Positions 11,911-20,842 of a stretch of DNA of 64,000 nucleotides are shown here, in pieces; position 1 is the stretch's first letter, and every line of letters starts with the position of its first letter. Where the stretch lies: positions 6,500-70,499 of the forward strand of contig WJKP01000011.1 of NCBI GenBank assembly GCA_014729025.1. The letters run 5' to 3'. The stretch is from Candidatus Buchananbacteria bacterium (GTDB taxonomy: Bacteria > Patescibacteriota > Patescibacteriia > CAIXNZ01). The notes beneath the pieces were generated by a model. The model searched no databases. It saw only the letters and a program-made list of their open reading frames with translations, and had not been told where the DNA came from. Both the position numbers and the translations under genes were made by a program.

Positions 11911-12960
11911 ATGCCTAAAAAAACTAAAACAATTAAAGTTGGTGATGTTTTGATTGGCGGTGGCAACCCAATAGTTATCCAGTCAATGACCAAAACTTCA
12001 ACCAAAAACGCGCCAGCAACCATTAAACAGATTAACGAATTGAAAAAAGCCGGGTGCCAGCTGGTTCGTTTGGCAATTAAAGATATTATTGATACCAAAG
12101 CTTTACGCCAAATAAAAGCCAAAACCAAAATACCTTTGGTGGCTGATATTCATTTTGATTACCAGTTGGCTTTGGCAGCCATTGAATCCGGTGTTGATAA
12201 GATCAGGCTTAATCCCGGGAATATTAATGATAAACAACAATTAAAAGAAATTATTGAAGCCTGTAAGTCTAATAATGTAGCTGTTCGCATTGGTATTAAT
12301 GCCGGTTCTTTGGAAAAAGATATTTTAAAAAAATATAAAAAAGCCACAGCCAAAGCTTTAGTTGAATCAGGTTTGCGTAATATTAAACTGATTGAAAAAT
12401 TTAGTTTCAGGGATATTGTTGTTTCTTTAAAATCAAGTAGCGTACCAATCACGATTGAAGCTTACCAATTAATAAGCCAGAAAACAGATTATCCTTTGCA
12501 TGTCGGTATTACTGAAGCCGGGATTGGTGAACCAGGTATTATTAAATCAAGTGTGGGTATTGGCAGTTTGTTAAGCCAGGAGATTGGTGATACGATTCGG
12601 GTTTCCTTAACCGACGATCCGGTTAAAGAGGTTTGGGTGGCTAAAGAAATTTTAAAATCATTGGAATTAATTAAAGAGGGTGTGACAGTGATTGCTTGTC
12701 CCATGTGCGGACGTTGCCAAATTGATGTAGCAGCAATTGCCCAAGAAGTTTATGATAAAACCAGAAACATTAAAACACCAATGAAGGTAGCGATTATGGG
12801 TTGTGAAGTTAATGGTCCGGGTGAGGCTAGGGAAGCTGATATAGCCTTAATTGGCGGAGCCAAAGAAGCCGCTTTAATTATTAACGGTAAATTTGTTAAA
12901 AATATACCGTTCAAAAATATTGTTCAAGAACTAATTCAACAAATAAAAAATTATGCCTAA
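11911..12960 (+). CDS. ispG: (E)-4-hydroxy-3-methylbut-2-enyl-diphosphate synthase (GcpE)
   Basis: IVIQSMT, PLVADIHF, RLNPGNI, PLHVGITEAG, GDTIRVSL, CPMCGRC, MGCEVNGPGEA; ATG at 11911. Confidence 0.97.
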   Translation: MPKKTKTIKVGDVLIGGGNPIVIQSMTKTSTKNAPATIKQINELKKAGCQLVRLAIKDIIDTKALRQIKAKTKIPLVADIHFDYQLALAAIESGVDKIRLNPGNINDKQQLKEIIEACKSNNVAVRIGINAGSLEKDILKKYKKATAKALVESGLRNIKLIEKFSFRDIVVSLKSSSVPITIEAYQLISQKTDYPLHVGITEAGIGEPGIIKSSVGIGSLLSQEIGDTIRVSLTDDPVKEVWVAKEILKSLELIKEGVTVIACPMCGRCQIDVAAIAQEVYDKTRNIKTPMKVAIMGCEVNGPGEAREADIALIGGAKEAALIINGKFVKNIPFKNIVQELIQQIKNYA

Positions 12961-14041
12961 TTTTGAAAATTTTGAAGCAGAACAATCACCGGAAGAAAAA
13001 GTGGTTGAATTGGAAAAACAAATAACTGATTTACAGTCTGAAAAAGAATCTGCTGTTGAGGCTATTAAAATTGAAACCAAGAAAAAGAAAAAACATAAAA
13101 AAGTTGAAGAAGACGTTCGGCTTGAATTGCCTGATAATCCCCAAACCCGCCAGGTTGAATTTGAAAAAGATGATAAAGGTAAATTTTATTTTATTTATGA
13201 AGATGAACATGGCAATGAAACAATAGCTACTCCGGGTGATTTGGTTTCTGATATTGATTATGGTATTTATTATGATTTAAACCATGAAATAAAATCGCAG
13301 GAACATCGGAGTAAATATAATAAATTCAGGCGCCAGTATTTAGCAGCGGTTTATCAGGCCGAAATAGATAAATTGGAAACCGAATTATTGTTGATTAAAC
13401 GGTTAAAGATTGACAGAGTTGATTTGGACGATTATCATATAGGGCAAGTCTATCAAGAACTTTATGATGAATTAAAATTAGATCAACCGGATATAAAAGA
13501 ACAAGCTGGGTTTTTATTTGAAAAAATGATTAATGGTTTATTAACCAAACTGGCGATTGATTTGGGTGATAAATGGAGGTTTAGCGTGGAAAAAGCCAGT
13601 GTTATTGATGATGTTGAATTAAAAACCGATTTAATAGTTAAATTTTTAGAAAGTGAACAAGCCAATCGTGGTATTGGTGCTCAGGAAAATGCCAAAATAA
13701 AAGGTTTTCAATTAACTTTAATTGATAAAAACGATAAGAAATTTCAGCGTAAAAAAGAACAGGTTGCCAAAGTAAAAGCCCAGATTGCTGAATTAAAAAG
13801 ATTAGGCCGGCAAACTGATTTTGACGATTTGGCTTTATTGGAAACAGAAGTCGGGAATCAAGCAGTGATTTCCAGATACGATAAATGGAAAGATAAAGGC
13901 AAACCAGCTGGTGGGCCGGAAAAATTTTTTTCCGAAAACCAGATTATGGAATTTTTGGCTAAAATTTTTGAAGCAACTGATTTGGATTTTGAGCAAAATG
14001 AAAATTTTAAAACAGAAGTTTGGCAATATTTTAAAAAATAA
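12953..14041 (+). CDS. Hypothetical protein (possible PD-(D/E)XK-like region)
   Basis: 362-aa ORF overlapping the ispG stop; FE...DD..KTD...FQLT pattern weakly reminiscent of restriction-endonuclease folds. Confidence 0.6.
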   Translation: MPNFENFEAEQSPEEKVVELEKQITDLQSEKESAVEAIKIETKKKKKHKKVEEDVRLELPDNPQTRQVEFEKDDKGKFYFIYEDEHGNETIATPGDLVSDIDYGIYYDLNHEIKSQEHRSKYNKFRRQYLAAVYQAEIDKLETELLLIKRLKIDRVDLDDYHIGQVYQELYDELKLDQPDIKEQAGFLFEKMINGLLTKLAIDLGDKWRFSVEKASVIDDVELKTDLIVKFLESEQANRGIGAQENAKIKGFQLTLIDKNDKKFQRKKEQVAKVKAQIAELKRLGRQTDFDDLALLETEVGNQAVISRYDKWKDKGKPAGGPEKFFSENQIMEFLAKIFEATDLDFEQNENFKTEVWQYFKK

Positions 14042-14053
14042 AATTTAAATACA

Positions 14054-15169
14054 ATGGGAAAAGATTATTACGAAATATTAGGCGTAGCAAAAAGTGCGTC
14101 AAAAGATGAAGTGAAAAAGGCTTTTAGGGAAAAGGCCCATCTTTATCATCCTGATAAAAAAGACGGTGATGAAAAAAAGTTTAAAGAAATTAATGAAGCT
14201 TATCAGGTTTTGGGTAATGAAGAAAAAAGAAAACAATATGATCAGTTTGGTTCAACATTTGATCAACAGGGCGGTTTTGGCGGTGGAATGAATTGGGATG
14301 ATTTTATGAAATATGCCAGACAAGGCGGTGGCGGTGCAACTTATAGTAATGTTGATTTTGGTGATTTGGGCGATATTTTAAGTGAAATGTTTGGCGGCGG
14401 GTTTGGCTTTGGCGGTAGCAAAAGCCGGGCTCAAACAAGGAGCCGAGGCCGTGATATTGAAGTTGATTTGCAATTGGATTTTAAAGAAGCTGTTTTTGGT
14501 ACGGAAAAAAATATTGAATTATATAAATTGGTTATTTGCGATCATTGCAAAGGCAATGGCGCAGAACCAGGTACTAAAATAACTGAATGTAAAACCTGTC
14601 AGGGTAAAGGCCAGGTTCAGCAGGTTCAGCAGACTTTTTTGGGTAGAATCCAGACTATGTCTGTTTGTCCTGATTGTCAAGGTGAAGGTAAAACTTATGA
14701 AACTCCTTGTTCCAAATGTGGCGGGCAAGGCAGAATTAAAGAAAAAAAACAAATCAAGATTAAAGTACCGGCCGGAGTTGATAACGGCATGACCATTAAA
14801 ATGTCAGGTGAAGGCGAGGCTGGTTTGCGCGGTGCCAGTAATAGTGATTTATATGTTCATTTGCGAGTGGTTTCAGACGATTATTTTAAACGTCAAGGCG
14901 ATGATATTATTACTCAAGAAGAAATCAGTTTTTCTCAGGCAGCTTTGGGTGATAAAATACCAATTAAAACTTTGGACGATGAAGTTAAATTAAAAATCCC
15001 GGCTGGTATTCAATCAGGCAAAGTTTTAAGCTTAAAAGGCAAGGGGATTCCTCGTTTTCAGCGTTCGGGTCGTGGCGATCATTTGGTTGAGATTATTGTA
15101 AAAACTCCGCAAAAACTTAATCGTCAGCAAAAAAAAATATTAGAAGAATTAAATAAAGCAGGCCTTTAA
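14054..15169 (+). CDS. dnaJ: Chaperone DnaJ
   Basis: J domain with HPD, G/F-rich region, four CxxCxGxG repeats. Confidence 0.99.
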   Translation: MGKDYYEILGVAKSASKDEVKKAFREKAHLYHPDKKDGDEKKFKEINEAYQVLGNEEKRKQYDQFGSTFDQQGGFGGGMNWDDFMKYARQGGGGATYSNVDFGDLGDILSEMFGGGFGFGGSKSRAQTRSRGRDIEVDLQLDFKEAVFGTEKNIELYKLVICDHCKGNGAEPGTKITECKTCQGKGQVQQVQQTFLGRIQTMSVCPDCQGEGKTYETPCSKCGGQGRIKEKKQIKIKVPAGVDNGMTIKMSGEGEAGLRGASNSDLYVHLRVVSDDYFKRQGDDIITQEEISFSQAALGDKIPIKTLDDEVKLKIPAGIQSGKVLSLKGKGIPRFQRSGRGDHLVEIIVKTPQKLNRQQKKILEELNKAGL

Positions 15170-15170
15170 A

Positions 15171-15201
15171 AAAAACAACCCCAATTTAAGGGGTTGTTTT
15201 T
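15171..15201 (+). terminator. Intrinsic terminator after dnaJ
   Basis: AAAAACAACCCC-AATTTAA-GGGGTTGTTTTT. Confidence 0.8.
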
Positions 15202-15261
15202 GTTTTGTTTATATTTTTATGGTATAATAAAAACAAGTAAAATAATAAATTATCCACAATC

Positions 15262-15780
15262 ATGGATTTTTTGGCAAATATAAATTGGGCTGCTCCCAGT
15301 TGGGATTTGTTTATAATCTTGTTTTTTGTAGTGGCTGCTTTTTTATACGGCTTATCTTTAGGCCGTGATCGTGTTATAGTTATATTAGTTAGTATTTATA
15401 TGGCTTTGGCTATTGTAAATACCGCACCTTATTTAAGCAGTTTTAATGCGGAAATCAGTTATAATAATGCTTCGATTTTTAATGTGACTGTTTTTGTAGG
15501 AATTTTTATTGTTTTGTTTTTTCTTTTATCAAGAGGCGCTTTGTTAAAAACACTTGGCGGGTCAGCCAGTAATGGCAGCTGGTGGCAGTCAATGATTTTT
15601 AGTTTTTTTCATGTCGGTTTGATTTTAAGTATTTTAATGTCATATTTACCTCAGGCCACTGTTAATCATGTGTCCGCGGGCATGCGTAATTTATTTATTT
15701 CTGATCCGGCCAGATTTTTCTGGCTGGTGGCTCCGATTATTATGATGGTTTTGATCAGAAAAAAGAAAGAAGAAGTTTAA
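15262..15780 (+). CDS. Integral membrane protein (CvpA-like topology)
   Basis: 4-5 hydrophobic helices; D..II...YG...GR start resembles colicin V production-like proteins. Confidence 0.65.
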   Translation: MDFLANINWAAPSWDLFIILFFVVAAFLYGLSLGRDRVIVILVSIYMALAIVNTAPYLSSFNAEISYNNASIFNVTVFVGIFIVLFFLLSRGALLKTLGGSASNGSWWQSMIFSFFHVGLILSILMSYLPQATVNHVSAGMRNLFISDPARFFWLVAPIIMMVLIRKKKEEV

Positions 15781-15790
15781 AATTATTTAT

Positions 15791-16435
15791 ATGAAATTAA
15801 ATTGGTTAACAAAATTTTGTTTAGTAGCAGCCGGTTTATTATTAGGCGGTGTTTTTATTGTCCAAGCAGCCGGCTTTGTCAGTTATGAAGATAATAATAA
15901 AATAATAATTTGGGATCCGGTAAAAATGACAGGTAAAGGCTTGAAAATGTCTGCGGCCGGCGTTAATGATTTGGAAGACGTGCCAGACGGCGTGATTAAG
16001 ATTGAAGATAAAGATTTGTATGTTAGAAATTTTATGGGATTTGATTGCCCGAATTACCCGCAATCAACATCCTGTACAACCACACTTGGTAATATTGGCG
16101 GTAATTCTTTTTTAACTATTGATACAGTAAAAGGTGAGAATTTATATTTAAATGCTAATGGAGGGATTGATTTGAATTTACAGGGTGATGGATTGAAAAT
16201 ACAAGGTAAAATAATTATGCCTGGTGGTACAAATTCTCCTAGTTTATTTGTAGTAGATGATGATGATATGCCATCACCTAATTCTACGGTAACAAGCAGT
16301 GTTTTTGTTGATGATTTACATACCGCGTATTTGGGTGGGTTAAATAATTTAGACATACCAGGTCTTAAATTTGAAGAAGCTGCTTATTTTGATCCAAAAC
16401 GGATGATTTTTCTTGATTTAACTCCTACTAATTAA
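15791..16435 (+). CDS. Secreted hypothetical protein
   Basis: Signal peptide (MKLNWLTKF...VQA); beta-rich G/N/D composition. Confidence 0.7.
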   Translation: MKLNWLTKFCLVAAGLLLGGVFIVQAAGFVSYEDNNKIIIWDPVKMTGKGLKMSAAGVNDLEDVPDGVIKIEDKDLYVRNFMGFDCPNYPQSTSCTTTLGNIGGNSFLTIDTVKGENLYLNANGGIDLNLQGDGLKIQGKIIMPGGTNSPSLFVVDDDDMPSPNSTVTSSVFVDDLHTAYLGGLNNLDIPGLKFEEAAYFDPKRMIFLDLTPTN

Positions 16436-16442
16436 TTTTAAT

Positions 16443-17243
16443 ATGAATAAATTTTTTAAAATAGCCCTTGCATTAAGTTTTCTCATTTTATGTTTAATTC
16501 TTGGTGATTTTGTTTTGGCTCAGGGAGATGGTTATTTTTTGGAAAAAGGTAATGAGTTTTTTATCTTTGATAATTTATATGTCAATGGTTATTTAACTGT
16601 CGGTAATGATATGCTGGGAGAAACCGCCAATTTGGGTGATGTTTTGGTTGGTGATAGGTTAATTTTGGATGCTGATTCCTCTTTTACTTTTTGTAAAAAA
16701 GAATTACAATCCGGTACTAATGCGATTTTAAACAGAGATTGTGAAGATAAAATAATGGTTTGGCATTCAGTTGCTGATAAAGGTTTGGAAGTTCTTGATA
16801 CTAATTTTTATGAATTAAATACCAATAATATAGAAACTTGGCCTCATTCAATAATAATGCAGCCCAATAACCGCATTTATACTGAGGTGCCCGTAAAATT
16901 AATTGGTATGCAGGGTTGTTTTTCTAACCGGGATTCTGATTGTAATGATGATGAATTAGAAACTACAACAGTTAAATTAAACAGCATCGCTTTATTTGGC
17001 GATAATACAAATATTAAAATAAATTCTGCTAATATTAATTTGGGTAACATAGATCTAGGAAGTTTCGATGACTTTAAGCGGCATGATTTATGCTGGCTGG
17101 CTAGCAGTATAAATTCCTGCCCAAAGGGTTTTACTCATCCGGCATTTAAAGAGACACCGGAAGAAGGGAGTGTTACCGTTACCAGGAGTTTGGATAGAGT
17201 GGAGGGTAATGTGTTATGTTGTTATTTGAATATAGCTTTTTAG
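16443..17243 (+). CDS. Secreted Cys-rich hypothetical protein
   Basis: Signal peptide (...VLA); C-terminal LCW...CPKG...LCCY. Confidence 0.7.
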   Translation: MNKFFKIALALSFLILCLILGDFVLAQGDGYFLEKGNEFFIFDNLYVNGYLTVGNDMLGETANLGDVLVGDRLILDADSSFTFCKKELQSGTNAILNRDCEDKIMVWHSVADKGLEVLDTNFYELNTNNIETWPHSIIMQPNNRIYTEVPVKLIGMQGCFSNRDSDCNDDELETTTVKLNSIALFGDNTNIKINSANINLGNIDLGSFDDFKRHDLCWLASSINSCPKGFTHPAFKETPEEGSVTVTRSLDRVEGNVLCCYLNIAF

Positions 17244-17255
17244 TAATAAAATTAT

Positions 17256-18128
17256 ATGTCAAGAATTTTTAAAATTTGTTTTATTATAGCTTTATTTATT
17301 TTTTCCGGTTCAGTGGCCTGGGCTGCTTTTAATTATGATTCTGCTAATAATTATTTTTTAATTGATTCAATTCTAAAAACTGGTGGCGATTATGTTTTAA
17401 TTGGTGAAGGGTTGTCAGGTTATTGTGAGAATGATAATTATATTAGTCAGGCGCAATGTGAGGCCAATAATAGTACTTGGTATGAAGTTTTGAGCAAAAT
17501 AGCTGCCGATGGTACTGAAACCGAAAGTACTTCGTTTTTTGCAGTTTCCAATAATTTGATTTTTCCTGCTAACGCTAGATTTATAAGTGGTGTCAGATCA
17601 ATGAATATAGATGAATTTTCAACTAATGCTATTTCAGTAAATAGCAGCAATAATTTTACCATAAGGACACCGGGCAGTTCTGGCACTTTATCATTTTTTG
17701 CGGGAGTAATTGAAATGCAACAAAAGTTTAGAATAAAAAATGGTTTAAGTTTTCGTAGTGGAATTACTGCAAATAATTTTGAAATACATGTTCCCAAGGT
17801 TTTAACTGAAAAAATAGAGCTTTTGGATTCTGCTGAAGATAAATTAACCATTACTTCTGACGGGTTGTATTTGACTGCCGGCGGTACAGCTACGGCTGCT
17901 GACATTTATTTTGGAACAGCTGATTCTAATTTATGTAAGGTGAAAAGTATAAATACTGCAGGGACTGGTCATTATACTGAAAACGATCAAATCGGAGATT
18001 TTAATTTAACTCAGACTGATTGTGATTCTGGCTATTATATTTATGATATTTCAGCCGATACCAGTAATTATAAAATGGTTTGTTGCCGTATTGACAATTG
18101 TCCGGGGGGAGGCGGAAATTGTTTTTAG
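17256..18128 (+). CDS. Secreted Cys-rich hypothetical protein
   Basis: Signal peptide (...AWA); C-terminal LCK...CDSG...VCCR...C..GGGNC. Confidence 0.7.
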   Translation: MSRIFKICFIIALFIFSGSVAWAAFNYDSANNYFLIDSILKTGGDYVLIGEGLSGYCENDNYISQAQCEANNSTWYEVLSKIAADGTETESTSFFAVSNNLIFPANARFISGVRSMNIDEFSTNAISVNSSNNFTIRTPGSSGTLSFFAGVIEMQQKFRIKNGLSFRSGITANNFEIHVPKVLTEKIELLDSAEDKLTITSDGLYLTAGGTATAADIYFGTADSNLCKVKSINTAGTGHYTENDQIGDFNLTQTDCDSGYYIYDISADTSNYKMVCCRIDNCPGGGGNCF

Positions 18129-18169
18129 TATTATATAAAGAAAATTCTAATAGTAATTTAAAATTTATA

Positions 18170-18646
18170 ATGAATAAAATAAATAATAATTTCAAGTTTG
18201 AATTTGATAAAAAAATACAGCAAATAGAATTTAAAATTAATTCTAAGATTTATCCATTAACAACAATTTATCAGGCAACTTATTTATTTTTGGATAAGGT
18301 TTATGTTTTTTTAGATGGTCAGCCTGAGAAGGAAATTAAGGCGTTTTTCAAGCTTAAAGAGCATGTTAATAAAGAACAATTAGAAAATTTAGTCGGCCAA
18401 TTTTATAATGAACTTTTAAATCAGGTGTTAAGAGAAAAAATTAGCCAAGCTAATGATAAAATTAGAGAATACATTGTTTCCCAAGCGCTTTATAGCGCTG
18501 TACCTAGTGAGGTTGACGAGCTTTTAAAAGAAGTAGAAGATGATTGGCAAAAAGACCCTTTGGGAATTGCTCAGCCTTGGCAGGAAAAAAAACAAGCAGC
18601 AAAAAAATCAAAGAAAAGTTCAAAAAAAGTAAAGTCTAAAAAATAA
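18170..18646 (+). CDS. hxsD: His-Xaa-Ser system protein HxsD
   Basis: IYPLTTIYQATYLFLDK and FYNELLNQVLREKI (LLNDYxLRE-type motif), DPLGIAQPW; upstream of hxsB; ATG at 18170. Confidence 0.85.
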   Translation: MNKINNNFKFEFDKKIQQIEFKINSKIYPLTTIYQATYLFLDKVYVFLDGQPEKEIKAFFKLKEHVNKEQLENLVGQFYNELLNQVLREKISQANDKIREYIVSQALYSAVPSEVDELLKEVEDDWQKDPLGIAQPWQEKKQAAKKSKKSSKKVKSKK

Positions 18647-18650
18647 AATC

Positions 18651-18851
18651 ATGAGGATTATTAAGTTTAATAAAAAGATATACAGACCTGAAGCAATCAA
18701 ACAAGCGATTAATGATTTTAAAAATTTGGCCAATTTTAAATTAAAAGAAAACAGTGATTATATTGAAATAAAGATAAATAAAATAGATCAGGATTATAAA
18801 GATATTTTAAAAGATGAATTTGCCAATTATGCGCTTGGTTTAATGTCTTAA
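18651..18851 (+). CDS. Short HxsD-like protein
   Basis: FNKKIY..EAIKQAINDF...EFANYAL parallels the HxsD N-domain. Confidence 0.75.
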   Translation: MRIIKFNKKIYRPEAIKQAINDFKNLANFKLKENSDYIEIKINKIDQDYKDILKDEFANYALGLMS

Positions 18852-18887
18852 CTTAAGTAATAAAGGGGTGAAGCAAATATTTAAGCT

Positions 18888-20372
18888 ATGTTGGATTTAC
18901 AAACGATTAAAAAATTAAATGATAAACAGGCCGGATTCTTCCGTTTTAAAAAATTTGAAAATGACAATTATTTATTGACCAATGACATCGGCCATTACAT
19001 TTTTTTGCCAGAAACAGATTTTAAAAAATATATTCATGGCCGACTGGATAAAAAAAGCAAGCTTTATCAAAAATTAAAACAAAAATTATTTATTAAAGAT
19101 GAGGATTACCTTAAAAATTTCATTTGGCAGTATCGTCAGCGCAATTCTTTTTTGAAATACGGGCCGTCTTTGCATATTGTGGTTGTAACTTTAAGATGCA
19201 ATCATCGCTGTATTTATTGTCATGCCAGCGCTGCAACATGTAAAGATAAGAAATACGATATGGATCTAAAAACAGCCAAACTGGTAGTTGATACTATTTT
19301 TAAATCCAATAATAATGCGATTTGCATAGAATTTCAGGGTGGTGAACCGCTTTTAAACTGGCCAGTAGTAGAATTTATTATCAATTATGCTCAGGAAAAA
19401 AACAAATTAGAGAAAAAAAATTTAATTTTTCGGTTAGTTTCCAATTTTACTTTATTAGACCAAAAGAAAATGAATTTTTTAATGACTAATGAAGTTAATT
19501 TTTGTACATCCTTGGACGGTGACGAATCGACTCATAATTATAATCGTATTTTTACTGACGGTAATAGTTATAAAGAAACAGTAAAATGGATTAAAAAAAT
19601 CAATCAGGCTTATAAAGATAAATATAAAGGCAAAAAGAAAAATTATTATCGGGTAGGCGCTTTGATTACAGTAACTCGTAAAACTTTGGCTAATTATAAA
19701 CAGGTTATTGATACTTATATAAAGTTGGGTTTTCGGAACATTTATTTGCGTTATTTAAATCCTTTTGGCTTTGCTTTGCAAGCCAAAGAAAAAATATGGT
19801 ACAATCCTAAAGAATATATTGATTTTTATAAAAAAGCTTTTGATTATATTTTGGAAAAAAATTATCAAGGCAGGCATTTTTATGAAAGCATGGCAGCGAC
19901 TTATTTAAGAAAGATACTAAATCAGGAAGAACCGAATAATTTGGATTTCCGTTCGCCTTGCGGGGCAGTGATCGGTCAATTGGCTTATAATTACAATGGC
20001 GATGTTTATACTTGTGATGAGGGGCGGATGATTGCCAGGATGGGCGGTGATGAGATGTTTAAATTGGGTAATATAAAAAAAAATTCATTGGAAGAATTAA
20101 TTAATAATGATTTGTGTAAATCCGTTTGTTTTGCTTCGTGTGTTGATGGTTTACCGGGGTTTAGTGAAAACGTTTATAAACCTTATTTGGGTATTTGTCC
20201 GGTTTATAATTATTCCGTGCACGGTAATATTTTTCCAGCAATGAAAAATAATTTCCGCTGGCAAATAGATGAAGCAATTGTAGAATATTTATTTACTAAG
20301 CTTCAAAATAGAAAAAATCAGGATATTTTCCAAGAATGGGTCAAAAAATCAAAACCCCCGATTCCCAAATAA
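18888..20372 (+). CDS. hxsB: His-Xaa-Ser system radical SAM/SPASM maturase HxsB
   Basis: SLHIVVVTLRCNHRCIYCHAS, IEFQGGEPLLN, SPCGAVIGQLAYNYNGDVYTCDEGRM; adjacent to hxsD and the HxS precursor. Confidence 0.92.
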   Translation: MLDLQTIKKLNDKQAGFFRFKKFENDNYLLTNDIGHYIFLPETDFKKYIHGRLDKKSKLYQKLKQKLFIKDEDYLKNFIWQYRQRNSFLKYGPSLHIVVVTLRCNHRCIYCHASAATCKDKKYDMDLKTAKLVVDTIFKSNNNAICIEFQGGEPLLNWPVVEFIINYAQEKNKLEKKNLIFRLVSNFTLLDQKKMNFLMTNEVNFCTSLDGDESTHNYNRIFTDGNSYKETVKWIKKINQAYKDKYKGKKKNYYRVGALITVTRKTLANYKQVIDTYIKLGFRNIYLRYLNPFGFALQAKEKIWYNPKEYIDFYKKAFDYILEKNYQGRHFYESMAATYLRKILNQEEPNNLDFRSPCGAVIGQLAYNYNGDVYTCDEGRMIARMGGDEMFKLGNIKKNSLEELINNDLCKSVCFASCVDGLPGFSENVYKPYLGICPVYNYSVHGNIFPAMKNNFRWQIDEAIVEYLFTKLQNRKNQDIFQEWVKKSKPPIPK

Positions 20373-20386
20373 TAAAATATAAATAT

Positions 20387-20839
20387 ATGAAAAATAAACT
20401 TCCCAAATTAAAGAAAAAATTTCAAGAATTTTTAAATGATGAAGAAGGGCGCATTACTAAAAAAGATATTATTATGCTAGGTATTGGCGTGACTGCTTTG
20501 GGTATTTTAGCCGAAGAAGCCGAAGCTTATAATTGCGGGCAATTGCCAGGCGGTTTAAGTAATAAAACCCCCAATCCGTGCGGTTCTCAACCTATGAGGC
20601 CAAATTCGCATACGACTTGCTGTAATATTAAACATTGTGGTAACAATGGTTACGAAAATGACAACTATAATGAGTTAATCGGCGATGTTAATCATAGTTG
20701 GGATCATAATAATTATATTCATAATAATGCCGAGGTTGGTACTCATTGTTCACATGGTTCGCACGGTTCGCATGGCTCGCATGGTTCGCACGGTTCACAT
20801 GGCTCGCATGGTTCGCACGGTTCGCATGGCTCATATTAA
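20387..20839 (+). CDS. His-Xaa-Ser repeat RiPP precursor (HxsA-like), 150 aa
   Basis: C-terminus THCS(HGS)9Y; N-terminal leader [38 protein letters not shown]; Cys/His/Asn-rich middle; ATG at 20387. Confidence 0.92.
   Translation: MKNKLPKLKKKFQEFLNDEEGRITKKDIIMLGIGVTALGILAEEAEAYNCGQLPGGLSNKTPNPCGSQPMRPNSHTTCCNIKHCGNNGYENDNYNELIGDVNHSWDHNNYIHNNAEVGTHCSHGSHGSHGSHGSHGSHGSHGSHGSHGSY
20753..20833 (+). repeat. 9 x 9-bp coding tandem repeat (His-Gly-Ser) with 27-bp higher-order period
   Basis: CATGGTTCG CACGGTTCG CATGGCTCG repeated three times, with two TCG>TCA changes. Confidence 0.97.
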
Positions 20840-20842
20840 TCT

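Noticed and set aside
17418-17441. GYCENDNY in a secreted protein resembles GYENDNY in the precursor
   Set aside because: Short match in N/D/Y-rich sequences with different codons; probably chance.
20753-20833. Possible CRISPR array or non-coding VNTR
   Set aside because: 9-bp in-frame unit with only synonymous variation and no spacers; it is the coding HGS repeat.
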